This document shows, piece after piece, positions 1-9,388 of a DNA stretch of 64,000 nucleotides. Source of the stretch: an uncultured Chloroflexia bacterium. Lineage in GTDB: Bacteria > Chloroflexota > Limnocylindria > QHBO01. A model generated the notes under the pieces. That model saw only the letters and a program-made list of their open reading frames with translations, was not told the DNA's origin and did not search any database. Both the position numbers and the translations under genes were made by a program. The stretch lies in assembly GCA_963839635.1 (NCBI GenBank), contig CAWIVT010000008.1:381657-445656 (forward strand), in the 5' to 3' direction. Position 1 is the first letter of the stretch. Each line of letters starts with the position of its first letter.

Positions 1-460
1 CGAGCAGGATCGCCACGCCGACGATGCCGGCCAAGAGGCCGCCGACCACCAGCCGGCTCGGCCGGCGCCGGGTCAGGATCGCATCGAACAGGGCCAACCA
101 GATCGGCACCGTCGCGACCAGCACTGCGGCGATGCCGGACGGGATGTACAGCTCTGCGAGCACGACACCGCCATTGCCGCCGAGGAGGAGCAGGGTGCCG
201 ACGATGAGCGCCGACCGCCAGTGCGCCCGGGTCGGCCGCTCGAGCGGCTCGGCGCCGCGGCGCAGGCGTGCGTGCGCGACCAGCGCCCCCAGCATGAGCA
301 GCCCGGCAGCCGCATACCGAACGCCCGCGGCCAGCAGCGGCGGAAGCGTCTCGATCATGATCGCGATGCCGAGGTAGGTCGAACCCCAGACCACGTAGAC
401 GAGGAGGAGGGCGACCGCGACCGCCGCGGTCGACGGCCGCGTGCGATGCGCGGAACTCAC
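1..460 (-). CDS. EamA/DMT-family transporter, N-terminal part only (runs off the window edge); paralog of the next gene
   Basis: The minus frame from GTG at 458-460 reads VSSAHRTRPSTAAVAVALLLVYVVWGSTYLGIAIM... It is about 86% identical by eye to the first ~153 aa of the 476..1462 product. It is absent from the ORF track because it is truncated by the window edge. Confidence 0.7.
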   Translation of the reverse strand, partial: MSSAHRTRPSTAAVAVALLLVYVVWGSTYLGIAIMIETLPPLLAAGVRYAAAGLLMLGALVAHARLRRGAEPLERPTRAHWRSALIVGTLLLLGGNGGVVLAELYIPSGIAAVLVATVPIWLALFDAILTRRRPSRLVVGGLLAGIVGVAILL

Positions 461-475
461 GCGGCCATTGTGCCG

Positions 476-1462
476 TTATGAGCGACGATCGTCCTCGGCC
501 GGCACCATTCCCGGTGACGGCCCGGGCTCGTCGGCGTCCCTGGGCCGGCCAGAGACCATGGCCACCACGGAGCCGATGATGATCGCGCTGGCGATGAGCG
601 TGCGCGGCGTGATCGGCTCGCTCAAGATGACCGCGCCAAGCGCCACGGCCACGATCGGATTCACGTACGCGTAGGTCCCCACCGTCGAGATCGGCACGTT
701 GGCGAGCAGCCAGGTGAAGGCCGAGAACGCGACCAACGACCCGAACACGATCAGGTAGGCCAGCGCGAGGAGCGAACGAAGCGAGAACGCTTCGACATTC
801 GTGCGGCCGATCTCGCCGAGCAGGCTGCCGGCGAGGACCATCATCAGCCCGCCGGCAAGCATCTCCAGTCCGGTGCCGAGCAGGGCAGAGCGCGGCAGTG
901 GTGCGCGCTTGGCGTAGACGGAACCGGCCGCCCACGAGATCTCGGCCAGCAACACAAGGCCCACCCCGAGCGGGTTGATGGCGTCGAGGTCCTCGAGCGG
1001 AGCAAGCAGGATGGCAACACCGACGATCCCGGCCATCAGGCCGCCGATCACCAACCGGCTGGGGATGCGCCGGGTGAGGATGGCCTCGAACAGGGCCATG
1101 AAGATGGGCGTCGTCGCCACCAGCACCGCAGCGATCCCCGACGGGATATACAGCTCCGCCAGCACGACGCCGCCGTTGCCACCGAGGAGGAGCAGCGTCC
1201 CGACGATGAACGCGGAGCGCCAATGCGCGCGGGTGGGTCGCTCGATCGGCTCCGCGCTGCGACGCACCCGCGCGTAGGCGACCAGCGCCCCGAGCATGAG
1301 CAGTCCGGCGGTCGCGAACCGGACGCCGGCCGCCAGCAGCGGCGGCAGGCTCTCGATCATGATCGCGATGGCGAGGTACGTGGAACCCCACACCACGTAC
1401 ACGGTCAGGAGCGCGACCGCGACCAGCGCGGTCGACGGCCGCGACGGATGCGCGGAGCTCAC
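476..1462 (-). CDS. EamA/DMT-family (RhaT-like) transporter
   Basis: 328-aa ORF with about 10 hydrophobic segments. The N-terminus has the typical EamA sequence VYVVWGSTYLAIAI, and the protein has a duplicated EamA-like architecture. Confidence 0.85.
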   Translation of the reverse strand: MSSAHPSRPSTALVAVALLTVYVVWGSTYLAIAIMIESLPPLLAAGVRFATAGLLMLGALVAYARVRRSAEPIERPTRAHWRSAFIVGTLLLLGGNGGVVLAELYIPSGIAAVLVATTPIFMALFEAILTRRIPSRLVIGGLMAGIVGVAILLAPLEDLDAINPLGVGLVLLAEISWAAGSVYAKRAPLPRSALLGTGLEMLAGGLMMVLAGSLLGEIGRTNVEAFSLRSLLALAYLIVFGSLVAFSAFTWLLANVPISTVGTYAYVNPIVAVALGAVILSEPITPRTLIASAIIIGSVVAMVSGRPRDADEPGPSPGMVPAEDDRRS

Positions 1463-1477
1463 GGCCGCATTGTGCCG

Positions 1478-1756
1478 TTACGAGCGGCGATCGTCCTCGT
1501 GAGGAAATTGCGGCTCCTGCGCGTCGGGCGGATCGTTGGCCACGCCGGCCTGATCGCTCCGCGCCGCGAGCGATGTGAACCACGGCTTTGCCTCGTCGCG
1601 GGCGTCGTCCGGTGGTGCGCCGGGGACGAGCTGCTCGTCGTCATCGACCGCCGCTCCCGGCGGCGCGGACTCGGGCACCGGGTCGATTCCGAGGGCAGCC
1701 GCATCGGCCCCTTCCAGGCCACCGAGCCTGTCGATGGTGGATCGTTTGTCATCCAT
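1478..1756 (-). CDS. hypothetical acidic, Pro/Asp-rich protein
   Basis: 92-aa ORF ending HEDDRRS*. No recognisable domain and no clear SD sequence. It could be a shadow ORF. Confidence 0.3.
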   Translation of the reverse strand: MDDKRSTIDRLGGLEGADAAALGIDPVPESAPPGAAVDDDEQLVPGAPPDDARDEAKPWFTSLAARSDQAGVANDPPDAQEPQFPHEDDRRS

Positions 1757-1851
1757 GGCCGCGGAACGTGCAGAATCGGTACCGGCGTCGATCTGGCGGC
1801 ACCCTATTCGTCGTCATCGGTGCAGATGCACCGCCTTCGAAGGAGTCACCG

Positions 1852-2208
1852 ATGAAGTACATGATGCTGATCGCGGATCGCGAGGACGGCATGGCACGCT
1901 CGACCGACGAGGAGCAGGCGACCTATGCCCGGATCGGGGCATGGTGGAACGACCACGCCGCCGCGGGCCGGATCATCGAGGGCCATGAGCTCCAGCCGTC
2001 TTCCACCGCCACGACGGTGCGCATCGGGCCCGACGGCGGGACGACCGTCACCGACGGCCCGTTCGTGGAGGGCAAGGAGATGGTCGGCGGCTACGGGATC
2101 CTTGACGTGCCCGATCTCGACGCCGCGCTCGCCGTGGCCTCGTCGTGGCCGGGAACCGCGACCTCCCTCGAGATCCGCCCCATCGTCGAGCGTGACGCAA
2201 CGAGCTGA
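1852..2208 (+). CDS. YciI-family (DGPF-domain) protein
   Basis: ATG at 1852 is preceded by GAAGGAG at 1839-1845. The 118-aa product contains MKYMMLI...VTDGPFVEGKE...GGYGILDV, typical of YCII/DGPF proteins. Confidence 0.85.
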   Translation: MKYMMLIADREDGMARSTDEEQATYARIGAWWNDHAAAGRIIEGHELQPSSTATTVRIGPDGGTTVTDGPFVEGKEMVGGYGILDVPDLDAALAVASSWPGTATSLEIRPIVERDATS

Positions 2209-3424
2209 CGTCGACGCCCAGCTCGACGCGGTCCTGCGCGAGGAGCGTGGACGGCTGACGGCGGCCCTGGTGCGCATCCTGCGCGACTGGGACCTGGCGG
2301 AGGAGCTCGTGCAGGATGCGGCCGTCACGGCACTCGAGCACTGGCCGGCCGAGGGGATCCCGCGGAATCCGGGCGCATGGCTCATGACCGCCGCTCGACG
2401 CAAGGCCGTCGACCGCCTGCGGCGCCACGCGCGCTATCGCGACCGCATGCGCGAGCTCACGGCGCAGGCAAGCGAGATGGACCGACCGATTGCCACCGGA
2501 GGGCCGATGGGCGCCGACGACCGGCTGCGCCTCCTCTTCACGTGCTGCCACCCGGCGCTCAACCGGGAGGCCCAGGTCGCACTGACGTTGCGCACCATCG
2601 GCGGGCTCGAGACCGCCGCCGTGGCCCGCGCCTTTTTGGTTCCGGAGGCGACCATCGCGCAGCGGCTGGTGCGCGCCAAGCGCAAGATCCGCGACGCGGC
2701 GATCCCCTACCGGGTACCGGAGGCGGCCGAGCTGCCGGCGCGCCTTGGTGAGGTGCTCCAGGTCCTCTACCTCGTGTTCAACGAGGGCTACCTCGCTTCG
2801 TCGGGCGATGCCCCCGAGCGTCGCGACCTGGCACGCGACGCCGAGTGGCTCACCACACTCGTCTCGCGCCTCATGCCGGATGAGCCCGAGGTGCTCGGGC
2901 TGCTCGCCCTTATGCGCCTGCACCTGGCACGCGCCGATGCCCGCTTCGCTGCGGACGGCTCGCTGGTGCTGCTCCCCGACCAGGACCGGTCCCTGTGGGA
3001 TTCAGGCTCGATCCGTGACGCGGTGAGCCTGCTGGCGCGGGCGGAACGCATGGGCCGGCCCGGGACGTACCAGCTACAGGCTGCGATCCTCGCGACACAT
3101 GCCGGCTCGCCGTCGTGGGGCGACACCCCCTGGCCGGCCGTGGTCGCCCTGTACGACCTGCTGCTGCGGATGGAGCCGACGCCGGTCGTGGCGCTGAACC
3201 GATCACTGGCAGTCGCCGAACGCGATGGTCCGGCCGTGGCGCTGGCGGAGCTCGAGCCCTTGGCCGAGCGGCTCGACGCCTACCACCTCTATCACGCCGC
3301 CCGGGCCGAGATGCTCAGGCGCCTCGGCCGCGCGGAGGATGCGCGCGACGCGGATCGTCGGGCCCTGTCGTTGACCGAGAACCCCGCCGAGCGCCAGCTG
3401 CTCGAGCAGCGGCTAGGCGGGTAG
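2192..3424 (+). CDS. ECF sigma factor with long C-terminal helical/TPR-like extension (ECF42-like)
   Basis: In-frame GTG at 2192 overlaps the yciI stop codon. Region 2 reads LVQDAAVTALEHWP...PGAWLMTAARRKAVDRLRR and region 4 reads IAQRLVRAKRKI. A C-terminal extension of about 200 aa follows. Confidence 0.85.
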   Translation: MTQRADVDAQLDAVLREERGRLTAALVRILRDWDLAEELVQDAAVTALEHWPAEGIPRNPGAWLMTAARRKAVDRLRRHARYRDRMRELTAQASEMDRPIATGGPMGADDRLRLLFTCCHPALNREAQVALTLRTIGGLETAAVARAFLVPEATIAQRLVRAKRKIRDAAIPYRVPEAAELPARLGEVLQVLYLVFNEGYLASSGDAPERRDLARDAEWLTTLVSRLMPDEPEVLGLLALMRLHLARADARFAADGSLVLLPDQDRSLWDSGSIRDAVSLLARAERMGRPGTYQLQAAILATHAGSPSWGDTPWPAVVALYDLLLRMEPTPVVALNRSLAVAERDGPAVALAELEPLAERLDAYHLYHAARAEMLRRLGRAEDARDADRRALSLTENPAERQLLEQRLGG

Positions 3425-4510
3425 GCGCCGCTCCGCCGGCCCGGTGTAGACCACGTCCGGACGGATCAGGACGTTGACCTGCGCCTGTTCGAGGCAGTGC
3501 GCGGTCCAGCCCGCGTGACGTCCCAGCGCGAAGGTTGCCGGGAACAGCTTCGACGGCAGGCCCACACCCTGGAGCACGGCGGCCGCGTAGTACTCGACGT
3601 TCGTTTTGATCGGGTAGTCCGGCTTGAACTCGGCCAGCACCCGAAGCGCGATCTCCTCGACCGCCACCGCCTTCTGCAGCCAGTCGGCGACGCCCGCCTG
3701 GCTCTCCGCCACCGAGCGCAGTGCGGCGGCGCGCGGGTCGTAGGCTCGGTAGACGCGGTGGCCGAATCCCATGAGCCGCTCGCCCCGCTCGAGGGTCGCT
3801 CTGATCCACGCCTCGGCCTGGTCGATGGAGCCCATCTCGTGCAGCTGGTCGACGACCTCCGCCGGCGCGCCGCCGTGCCAGGGACCCTTCAGGGCGCCGA
3901 TGGCGCCCGCCACCGCGCTCGCGACATCGGAGTGCGTCGAGATGATCACCCGCGCCGCGAAGGTCGAGGCGTTGAATCCATGCTCCGCGCCGACGATGAG
4001 ATACGCGTCGAGCGCGCGCGCGGCGGCCGGATCGGGTCGCACGCCGCGAAGCTGGTACAGGAATCCCTCGGCCAGCTCGAGGTCCGGGTCGGGCTCGATA
4101 GGCTCCTCCCCCGCACGCAGTCGGGCGAAGGCCGCGAGCGCGCTCGGCGCGAACGCGGTCAGCTCCCGCGCCTGCTCGACGGTCGGGGGCCATAGCGTGC
4201 CGGCGACCGCGCCCCATGCCGAGACGGCCGTGCGCAGGGCATCCATCGGGTTCGCGGTCGGCGGCAGGCTGCGGAGGACTTCGAGCACTGGCGCGGGCAC
4301 GGCGGCGCAGGCGAGATGCGCATCGTCCTTCCACGCTCCCGTCCACAGCAGCTCGGCAACCTGGCCGTACGTGCCGTTGGCGACGAGCTCGCCGATGGGA
4401 TAGCCGCGGTACTGGAGCCGGCCGCCCTCTCCGTCGATCATGGCGAGGGCGGTCTCGCCGGCCAGGACGCCCTTGAGCCCGGGCGAGAAGGTGCGTGCAG
4501 AGTCATTCAT
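3413..4510 (-). CDS. citrate synthase (short, about 365 aa type; could be 2-methylcitrate synthase)
   Basis: 365-aa ORF containing GLKGVLAGETALAMIDGEGGRLQYRGYPI, GAEHGFNASTF and MGFGHRVY motifs. Confidence 0.9.
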   Translation of the reverse strand: MNDSARTFSPGLKGVLAGETALAMIDGEGGRLQYRGYPIGELVANGTYGQVAELLWTGAWKDDAHLACAAVPAPVLEVLRSLPPTANPMDALRTAVSAWGAVAGTLWPPTVEQARELTAFAPSALAAFARLRAGEEPIEPDPDLELAEGFLYQLRGVRPDPAAARALDAYLIVGAEHGFNASTFAARVIISTHSDVASAVAGAIGALKGPWHGGAPAEVVDQLHEMGSIDQAEAWIRATLERGERLMGFGHRVYRAYDPRAAALRSVAESQAGVADWLQKAVAVEEIALRVLAEFKPDYPIKTNVEYYAAAVLQGVGLPSKLFPATFALGRHAGWTAHCLEQAQVNVLIRPDVVYTGPAERRLPA

Positions 4511-4608
4511 GGGATGCGGTGAGTCTAGCCCGCGGCGGACGTAACGATGCGTGAGCGCGATGCGTCTCAGCGCCGGTCATCATCCATCGATCCGAGGAGC
4601 TCACCCAG

Positions 4609-5253
4609 ATGCGTCACTCACGTCACCTCGCCGCTCTTGGCGTGGTCGCCTCCCTGCTCGCCGGCTGCCTGGGATCATCGCCGGCCGACCCGTCCGCCTC
4701 TGCATCGACGTCCGCCTCGATCCCAACGATCGATCCGGGCGCGTCCGCCTCCGAGCCTGGCAGCCCGACACCCGAACCGACCGCCGAGCCCGTTCCATCG
4801 GACGACCTGGGATCGTTCAGCTGCGATCTCCCCGTCGTCGATGACGCCACCATCGCGCGCGCGCAGATCACGGACGTCCGAGTCGGCACGCATGCCGACT
4901 ACGACCGGGTGGTCTTCGAGTTCGCCGACGGCCTGCCGGAGATGACACTCGATCGCGCAACGCCACCCTTCACCGGCGATGCCTCAGGGCTGCCCATCGA
5001 GGTCGAGGGCACCAGCTTCCTGCGCCTGACGATGCGAGGCGGCACGAAGCAGACCGAGGAGGGCACCAGCAGCTATGACGGGCCGGCCGACTTCGACCCG
5101 GGCTTCCCGATGCTCGTCGACGTGACCGAGGGCGGCGACTTCGAGGCCCAGAGCACGTGGTACCTCGGGCTCGAGGGCGAAGCCTGCGTGCGGGTCATGC
5201 GGCTCGTTGGCGAGGGTGGCCCCGCACGCCTGGTGATCGACGTCGAGCACTGA
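4609..5253 (+). CDS. lipoprotein of unknown function
   Basis: Signal peptide plus lipobox (LLAGC), then a Ser/Pro-rich linker and a globular C-terminal domain. GAGGAG lies upstream. Confidence 0.6.
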   Translation: MRHSRHLAALGVVASLLAGCLGSSPADPSASASTSASIPTIDPGASASEPGSPTPEPTAEPVPSDDLGSFSCDLPVVDDATIARAQITDVRVGTHADYDRVVFEFADGLPEMTLDRATPPFTGDASGLPIEVEGTSFLRLTMRGGTKQTEEGTSSYDGPADFDPGFPMLVDVTEGGDFEAQSTWYLGLEGEACVRVMRLVGEGGPARLVIDVEH

Positions 5254-5284
5254 GCGTGGCCGGCGGGGGTAGCATCGGTGGCCG

Positions 5285-5836
5285 ATGAGCGATCAACCGT
5301 CCGCCTTCGTCTCGGTCGACATCGAGGCGTCCGGCCCGAGCCCGAGCCGTCACTCCCTCCTGTCCATCGGCGCGTGTCTCGTCGATGATCCGATGCGCGG
5401 GTTCTACGCGGAGCTCCGGCCACGGAGCCGAGAGGCGGACCCGGCGGCGATGCAGGTCCACGGGCTGTCGCTCGACGAGCTGACGGAGCGGGGCGAGGAG
5501 CCGGCCGCCGCGCTTCGGCGGTTGGAGGGCTGGCTTGCCGCGGAGCTCTCGGGCCGGACGCCAGTCTTCGTCGGGCACAACGCCGCCTTCGACTGGATGT
5601 TCGTGGCCGACGCGTTCCACCGCTATCTTGGCCACAATCCGTTCGGCCACGCGGCGCTCGACACGAAGTCGTTCTTCGCAGGCCTCACCGGCGCGCAGTG
5701 GAGCGAGACCGGCCTCGTGCAGATCGCGGCGCAGTACGGCGAGACCGGGACGCTCCCCCATCACGCTCTCGAGGACGCGCGGATCCAGGCCCGATTGTTC
5801 GCGGCGATGCTCCGCAGCTCACAGGAGGAAGCATGA
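5285..5836 (+). CDS. DEDDh-family 3'-5' exonuclease (DnaQ/epsilon-like)
   Basis: ExoI is VDIEASG, ExoII is GHNAAFDWMF and ExoIII is HHALEDA. The protein is 183 aa. Confidence 0.8.
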   Translation: MSDQPSAFVSVDIEASGPSPSRHSLLSIGACLVDDPMRGFYAELRPRSREADPAAMQVHGLSLDELTERGEEPAAALRRLEGWLAAELSGRTPVFVGHNAAFDWMFVADAFHRYLGHNPFGHAALDTKSFFAGLTGAQWSETGLVQIAAQYGETGTLPHHALEDARIQARLFAAMLRSSQEEA

Positions 5837-7173
5837 CCACAGGTTCCGGCGCCGACGAACAGCTCGCGAGGATCGTCGACGCGGCGGCGCGCCTCGGGGT
5901 GGAGCTCGACGAGCTGGAGGCGATGCGCTGGCTCACCGCAATGGCGGCGGCCCCCGAAGGCGGCGACGTGGTGGTCGACGTCGCGTCCGGCGTGTATGGC
6001 CACCGCGTCAGCATGCTCGACTTCTCGCCGGATGACCTCGCACGCTTTCGGCGCATCGGCGAGATCGTCGGCTTCGACGATGCGCCGGGCGTCGAGACCG
6101 CCCTCGCGCTGTCGGGCTCCGCGGCGCAGTCGAAGGTCCAGACCCACCCGGGCGACTGCGACTATTTCGAGCGCGTGAACATCCACGCACCATCACGCGA
6201 CGAGGCGTGCCGGATCCTGGGCGACGTCATGCGAGCAAAGGCGCTCGAGGCCGAGCGCGGCGACGGCTATCGGCTCATCGAGGTGAAGTTCGGCTCGGCA
6301 CCGTTCGAGGTCGTCATCGACGGCGAGACCCGATCGGCGGGAAGCGCCCTGACGTGGCGGCCCGCCCAGGTGCGCGAAGGGGTCCTGAGCGGCACGCGAC
6401 CGGATGGGTCACCGGCGGAGATCCGGTGGGAGGAGGCCGCGGCCGATCCGGGGTGGTGCAAGCTCGACTGGATCGTGGCGGACCCGGCGCACGGGACGCT
6501 GGCGAACGCCAGCAACATGCTCGATGTCACCTGGGAACAGCCCGACGGCACGATCACTCCCCTCGACGGCCACCTCGACGGCTACTTCCAGGAGGTCTAC
6601 CTGGAGGCCGAGTCGATCCCGATCTTTTCGAAGGTCGTGCGACAGGCCAGCGCCGACGCGCTCGACGAGTACATCTCGCGGCTCGAGCATGAGGTGGCGA
6701 AGTACCTGACCAAGGACCTTAACTACGGCAAGGCCGCGAAGCGGATGTACAACGTGTTCCGCCTCACCGGCCGCTACCCGGAGGCCGCGTACATTCGCGA
6801 GCTCTTCGACGAGCCGGCCGCAGTCCTCTACCAGGTCTGGTCGCTGCTTCGAACCCTGGACGACGCGATGTCGGCCTCCGAGCCCGCCACCCTCGGGGAC
6901 GCCGAGGCCCATGCGAACCTGCTGATCACCGAGGTCACGGCGGCGCTCGACGGGCCGGAGGAGACCGAGATCATCGATGCCATCATCAAGCTCCGCGACC
7001 GCCTCGCCGCAGCGGCGCCGTCCGCCGAGCTGACCGCGGGGCTCGAGGCAGCTCGGGCGACGGTGATCAACCTCGTGAACAGCTTCTTCCACGACCGGCT
7101 GGTGGGGCTGCCGACCATCGCGGCCTACGTCGACCAGGTTGCGGCGACGGACGAGCCAGCTCCGAACGGCTAG
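5833..7173 (+). CDS. uncharacterised protein with Pol-beta-type nucleotidyltransferase signature
   Basis: ATG at 5833 overlaps the exonuclease stop (ATGA). The motif [23 protein letters not shown] (GS at 6115-6120, DxD at 6154-6162) is followed by KLDWIVAD and a long helical C-terminal half. Confidence 0.6.
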   Translation: MTTGSGADEQLARIVDAAARLGVELDELEAMRWLTAMAAAPEGGDVVVDVASGVYGHRVSMLDFSPDDLARFRRIGEIVGFDDAPGVETALALSGSAAQSKVQTHPGDCDYFERVNIHAPSRDEACRILGDVMRAKALEAERGDGYRLIEVKFGSAPFEVVIDGETRSAGSALTWRPAQVREGVLSGTRPDGSPAEIRWEEAAADPGWCKLDWIVADPAHGTLANASNMLDVTWEQPDGTITPLDGHLDGYFQEVYLEAESIPIFSKVVRQASADALDEYISRLEHEVAKYLTKDLNYGKAAKRMYNVFRLTGRYPEAAYIRELFDEPAAVLYQVWSLLRTLDDAMSASEPATLGDAEAHANLLITEVTAALDGPEETEIIDAIIKLRDRLAAAAPSAELTAGLEAARATVINLVNSFFHDRLVGLPTIAAYVDQVAATDEPAPNG

Positions 7174-7207
7174 CATCGGAGCGTCCCTTACCACCGCAGG
7201 AGTACAC

Positions 7208-7714
7208 ATGGCCGATCGACCAGCCGCGCCCTCGGGGGCGCTCGATACCACCAAGTCCTACACGGCACGCCTCAAGACCGAGCGCGGCGATATCGTCGTC
7301 GAGCTCTATGCCGACCGAGTGCCCTTGACGGTCGAGAACTTCGTGAATCTCGCGCGGGCCGGCTTCTACGACGGGACGACCTTCCACCGCGTGATCAAGG
7401 GCTTCATGGCGCAGGGCGGCGATCCGACCGGCACGGGGACGGGCGGGCCGGGATACCAGTTCGGCGACGAGTTCCACCCATCGCTGCGCCACGACGGCCC
7501 CGGCGTCCTCTCGATGGCAAACGCGGGACCCGGCACGAACGGCAGCCAGTTCTTCATCACCCACTCGGCGACGCCGCACCTCGACAACCGCCACAGCGTC
7601 TTCGGCCGCGTGACCGAGGGAATGGACGTGGTGAACGCCCTCCGCGAGCGCGATCCACAGCGTGACCGAAATCCAGGTGAGCGAATCGAGACGATCGAGA
7701 TCACGGAGTCCTGA
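7208..7714 (+). CDS. cyclophilin-type peptidyl-prolyl cis-trans isomerase
   Basis: Contains [15 protein letters not shown]...[12 protein letters not shown], classic cyclophilin motifs. Confidence 0.92.
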   Translation: MADRPAAPSGALDTTKSYTARLKTERGDIVVELYADRVPLTVENFVNLARAGFYDGTTFHRVIKGFMAQGGDPTGTGTGGPGYQFGDEFHPSLRHDGPGVLSMANAGPGTNGSQFFITHSATPHLDNRHSVFGRVTEGMDVVNALRERDPQRDRNPGERIETIEITES

Positions 7715-7721
7715 GGATCCC

Positions 7722-8276
7722 GTGCGCCGGGGTCCGTTCGCCGCGCTGACGGTCGCCGCGCTGACGCTTGCCGGCTGCGGGCCCAGAGCGGACGCGACGC
7801 CCTCCGAGCCGGCCGCGCTCCCCTGCAGCAGCGAGCTGCCGGCGCGAACCTCACCAATCGACGTTCCCGTGGCCGTGCTCTACGTCGCCGGCGACGACCT
7901 GCCGCCAGTCGTGGGCGACGTCGAGTGGGTGACGGGCGGCGAGGAGCCGGTGGTCCACGAACCGGGGAGGCCGGTGCATCTCCAGCGCTTCACCGTCCTC
8001 CAGGCCCAGGGTCAGGCCGACATCTCGCTGCGCATGACCGATGGCGTGCGCATCGCCGCCTGGACCGTCGACGCCCTCCCGGACGGCTCGTTCCGGTCGG
8101 GTGATCTCGAGACCGGGCGCGTGCGCTGGAGCGAGGGGGACGATCCCACAGACGTGGTATGCATCCCCGCGCGCGACGGCGAGTGGGCCATCATCGCCGA
8201 CCTCACGTTTGCCGACGATGCCGGGCACGGCACCTACTTCTGGCGCCTCAACGTGAGCCAGACGCCGGGGACCTGA
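7722..8276 (+). CDS. lipoprotein of unknown function
   Basis: In-frame GTG at 7722 gives VRRGPFAALTVAALTLAGC (lipobox). It lies 7 nt after the PPIase stop. Confidence 0.55.
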   Translation: MRRGPFAALTVAALTLAGCGPRADATPSEPAALPCSSELPARTSPIDVPVAVLYVAGDDLPPVVGDVEWVTGGEEPVVHEPGRPVHLQRFTVLQAQGQADISLRMTDGVRIAAWTVDALPDGSFRSGDLETGRVRWSEGDDPTDVVCIPARDGEWAIIADLTFADDAGHGTYFWRLNVSQTPGT

Positions 8277-8279
8277 GGG

Positions 8280-9020
8280 TCAGGCGTCATCGTCCTCGGA
8301 TACCTCAAGGATCTCCTGGAGCGGGGCGGCCCGGTAGCGATCGATCCAGTCGAGCACGTCGTCGGCGTAGCGCCCCGAGGCGTTGTAGGCGATGAGCGCG
8401 CGTCGGAGCTGGCCTCGATCGGCATAGTCGCCGGGCTCGCGGAGGCACAGGTGGGCGACCGCGGTGAGCGACGCGTCATACAGGTTGTCCGGGTCCGCGA
8501 TGCCGTCGTCGTTGCCATCGCGGCCGAGCTCGCGCCACGTGGTGGGGATGAACTGGAGCGGCCCCATCGCCCGATCCCACTCGTCGTCGCCATCCAGCTC
8601 GCCGCCGTCGGTGTCGACGATGGTCTGCGTGCCACGTGAGCCGTCGAGCGGGCGCCCGCGAATCGGTGGCACGACGTCACCGTCGGGCGAGACGGCATGC
8701 TCGCCGTCGATCAAGCCGTGATGGGACTCGACCTGGGCGATGCCGCCGAGGATGGTCCAATCGACGGAGCACGACGCGGTCACGCTCGGCGCTCCGGCGG
8801 CGGCCGTCCGGTACGCGTCGTACGCAACGGCAGGAATGCGGCCTCCAAGGGGCGGCATCAGGTCGACGCGGCCCAGGGCATACGCCGCCACCGCTCCGAT
8901 CCCGACCAGGAGCGCCGCGAGGATGAGCGTTGACCCGATGCGTCGGCGCTGCCTGCGGGCGCGAGCCGGTGACATGCCGCCGAGGGTGACACATCTCCGG
9001 TTCGGCCGCTGCGGCCGCAC
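8280..9020 (-). CDS. lytic transglycosylase domain protein (membrane anchored)
   Basis: N-terminal TM segment, then GIAQVESHHG...GPLQFIPTTW...DPDNLYDASLTAVAHLC, typical of SLT/MltB-like enzymes. The start may be the internal M at 8975. Confidence 0.75.
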   Translation of the reverse strand: MRPQRPNRRCVTLGGMSPARARRQRRRIGSTLILAALLVGIGAVAAYALGRVDLMPPLGGRIPAVAYDAYRTAAAGAPSVTASCSVDWTILGGIAQVESHHGLIDGEHAVSPDGDVVPPIRGRPLDGSRGTQTIVDTDGGELDGDDEWDRAMGPLQFIPTTWRELGRDGNDDGIADPDNLYDASLTAVAHLCLREPGDYADRGQLRRALIAYNASGRYADDVLDWIDRYRAAPLQEILEVSEDDDA

Positions 9021-9032
9021 CGGCCCAGCGGA

Positions 9033-9257
9033 TCAGGCCGCCTGGGCGGTCTCGTAGAGGAGGGCGAAGGTGGCAGATGGGTCGGGTGCGAAGGCCATGT
9101 GGCTGTTGCAGGCGCTGCACACGAGCTCGTCGTCGGTCTCGCTGACCGAGAAGACGACCTCGTCGCCGCACCACGTGCAGTCGAGAAGAATGTTCATGCG
9201 GCGCACGATGAGCATGGTTCGTGACAACTCGCGTGTCGCGTTGCCGACACGGGCCAT
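9033..9257 (-). CDS. small zinc-ribbon protein (CxxC...CxxC)
   Basis: Contains CTWCGDE...VCSACNS. The start is uncertain; an alternative is MNILL at 9197. Confidence 0.5.
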   Translation of the reverse strand: MARVGNATRELSRTMLIVRRMNILLDCTWCGDEVVFSVSETDDELVCSACNSHMAFAPDPSATFALLYETAQAA

Positions 9258-9388
9258 GACGAATCACCCATGTGACTGGCGCGGTCCGATGCCCTAGGCT
9301 GACTCATGTCGGCTGCCCGGCTGGGACGCCCTGCACCGACGTTCGCCAGAACGGGTCTGGCGAGAGTACGCGCGCTCCCGGACAAGGT

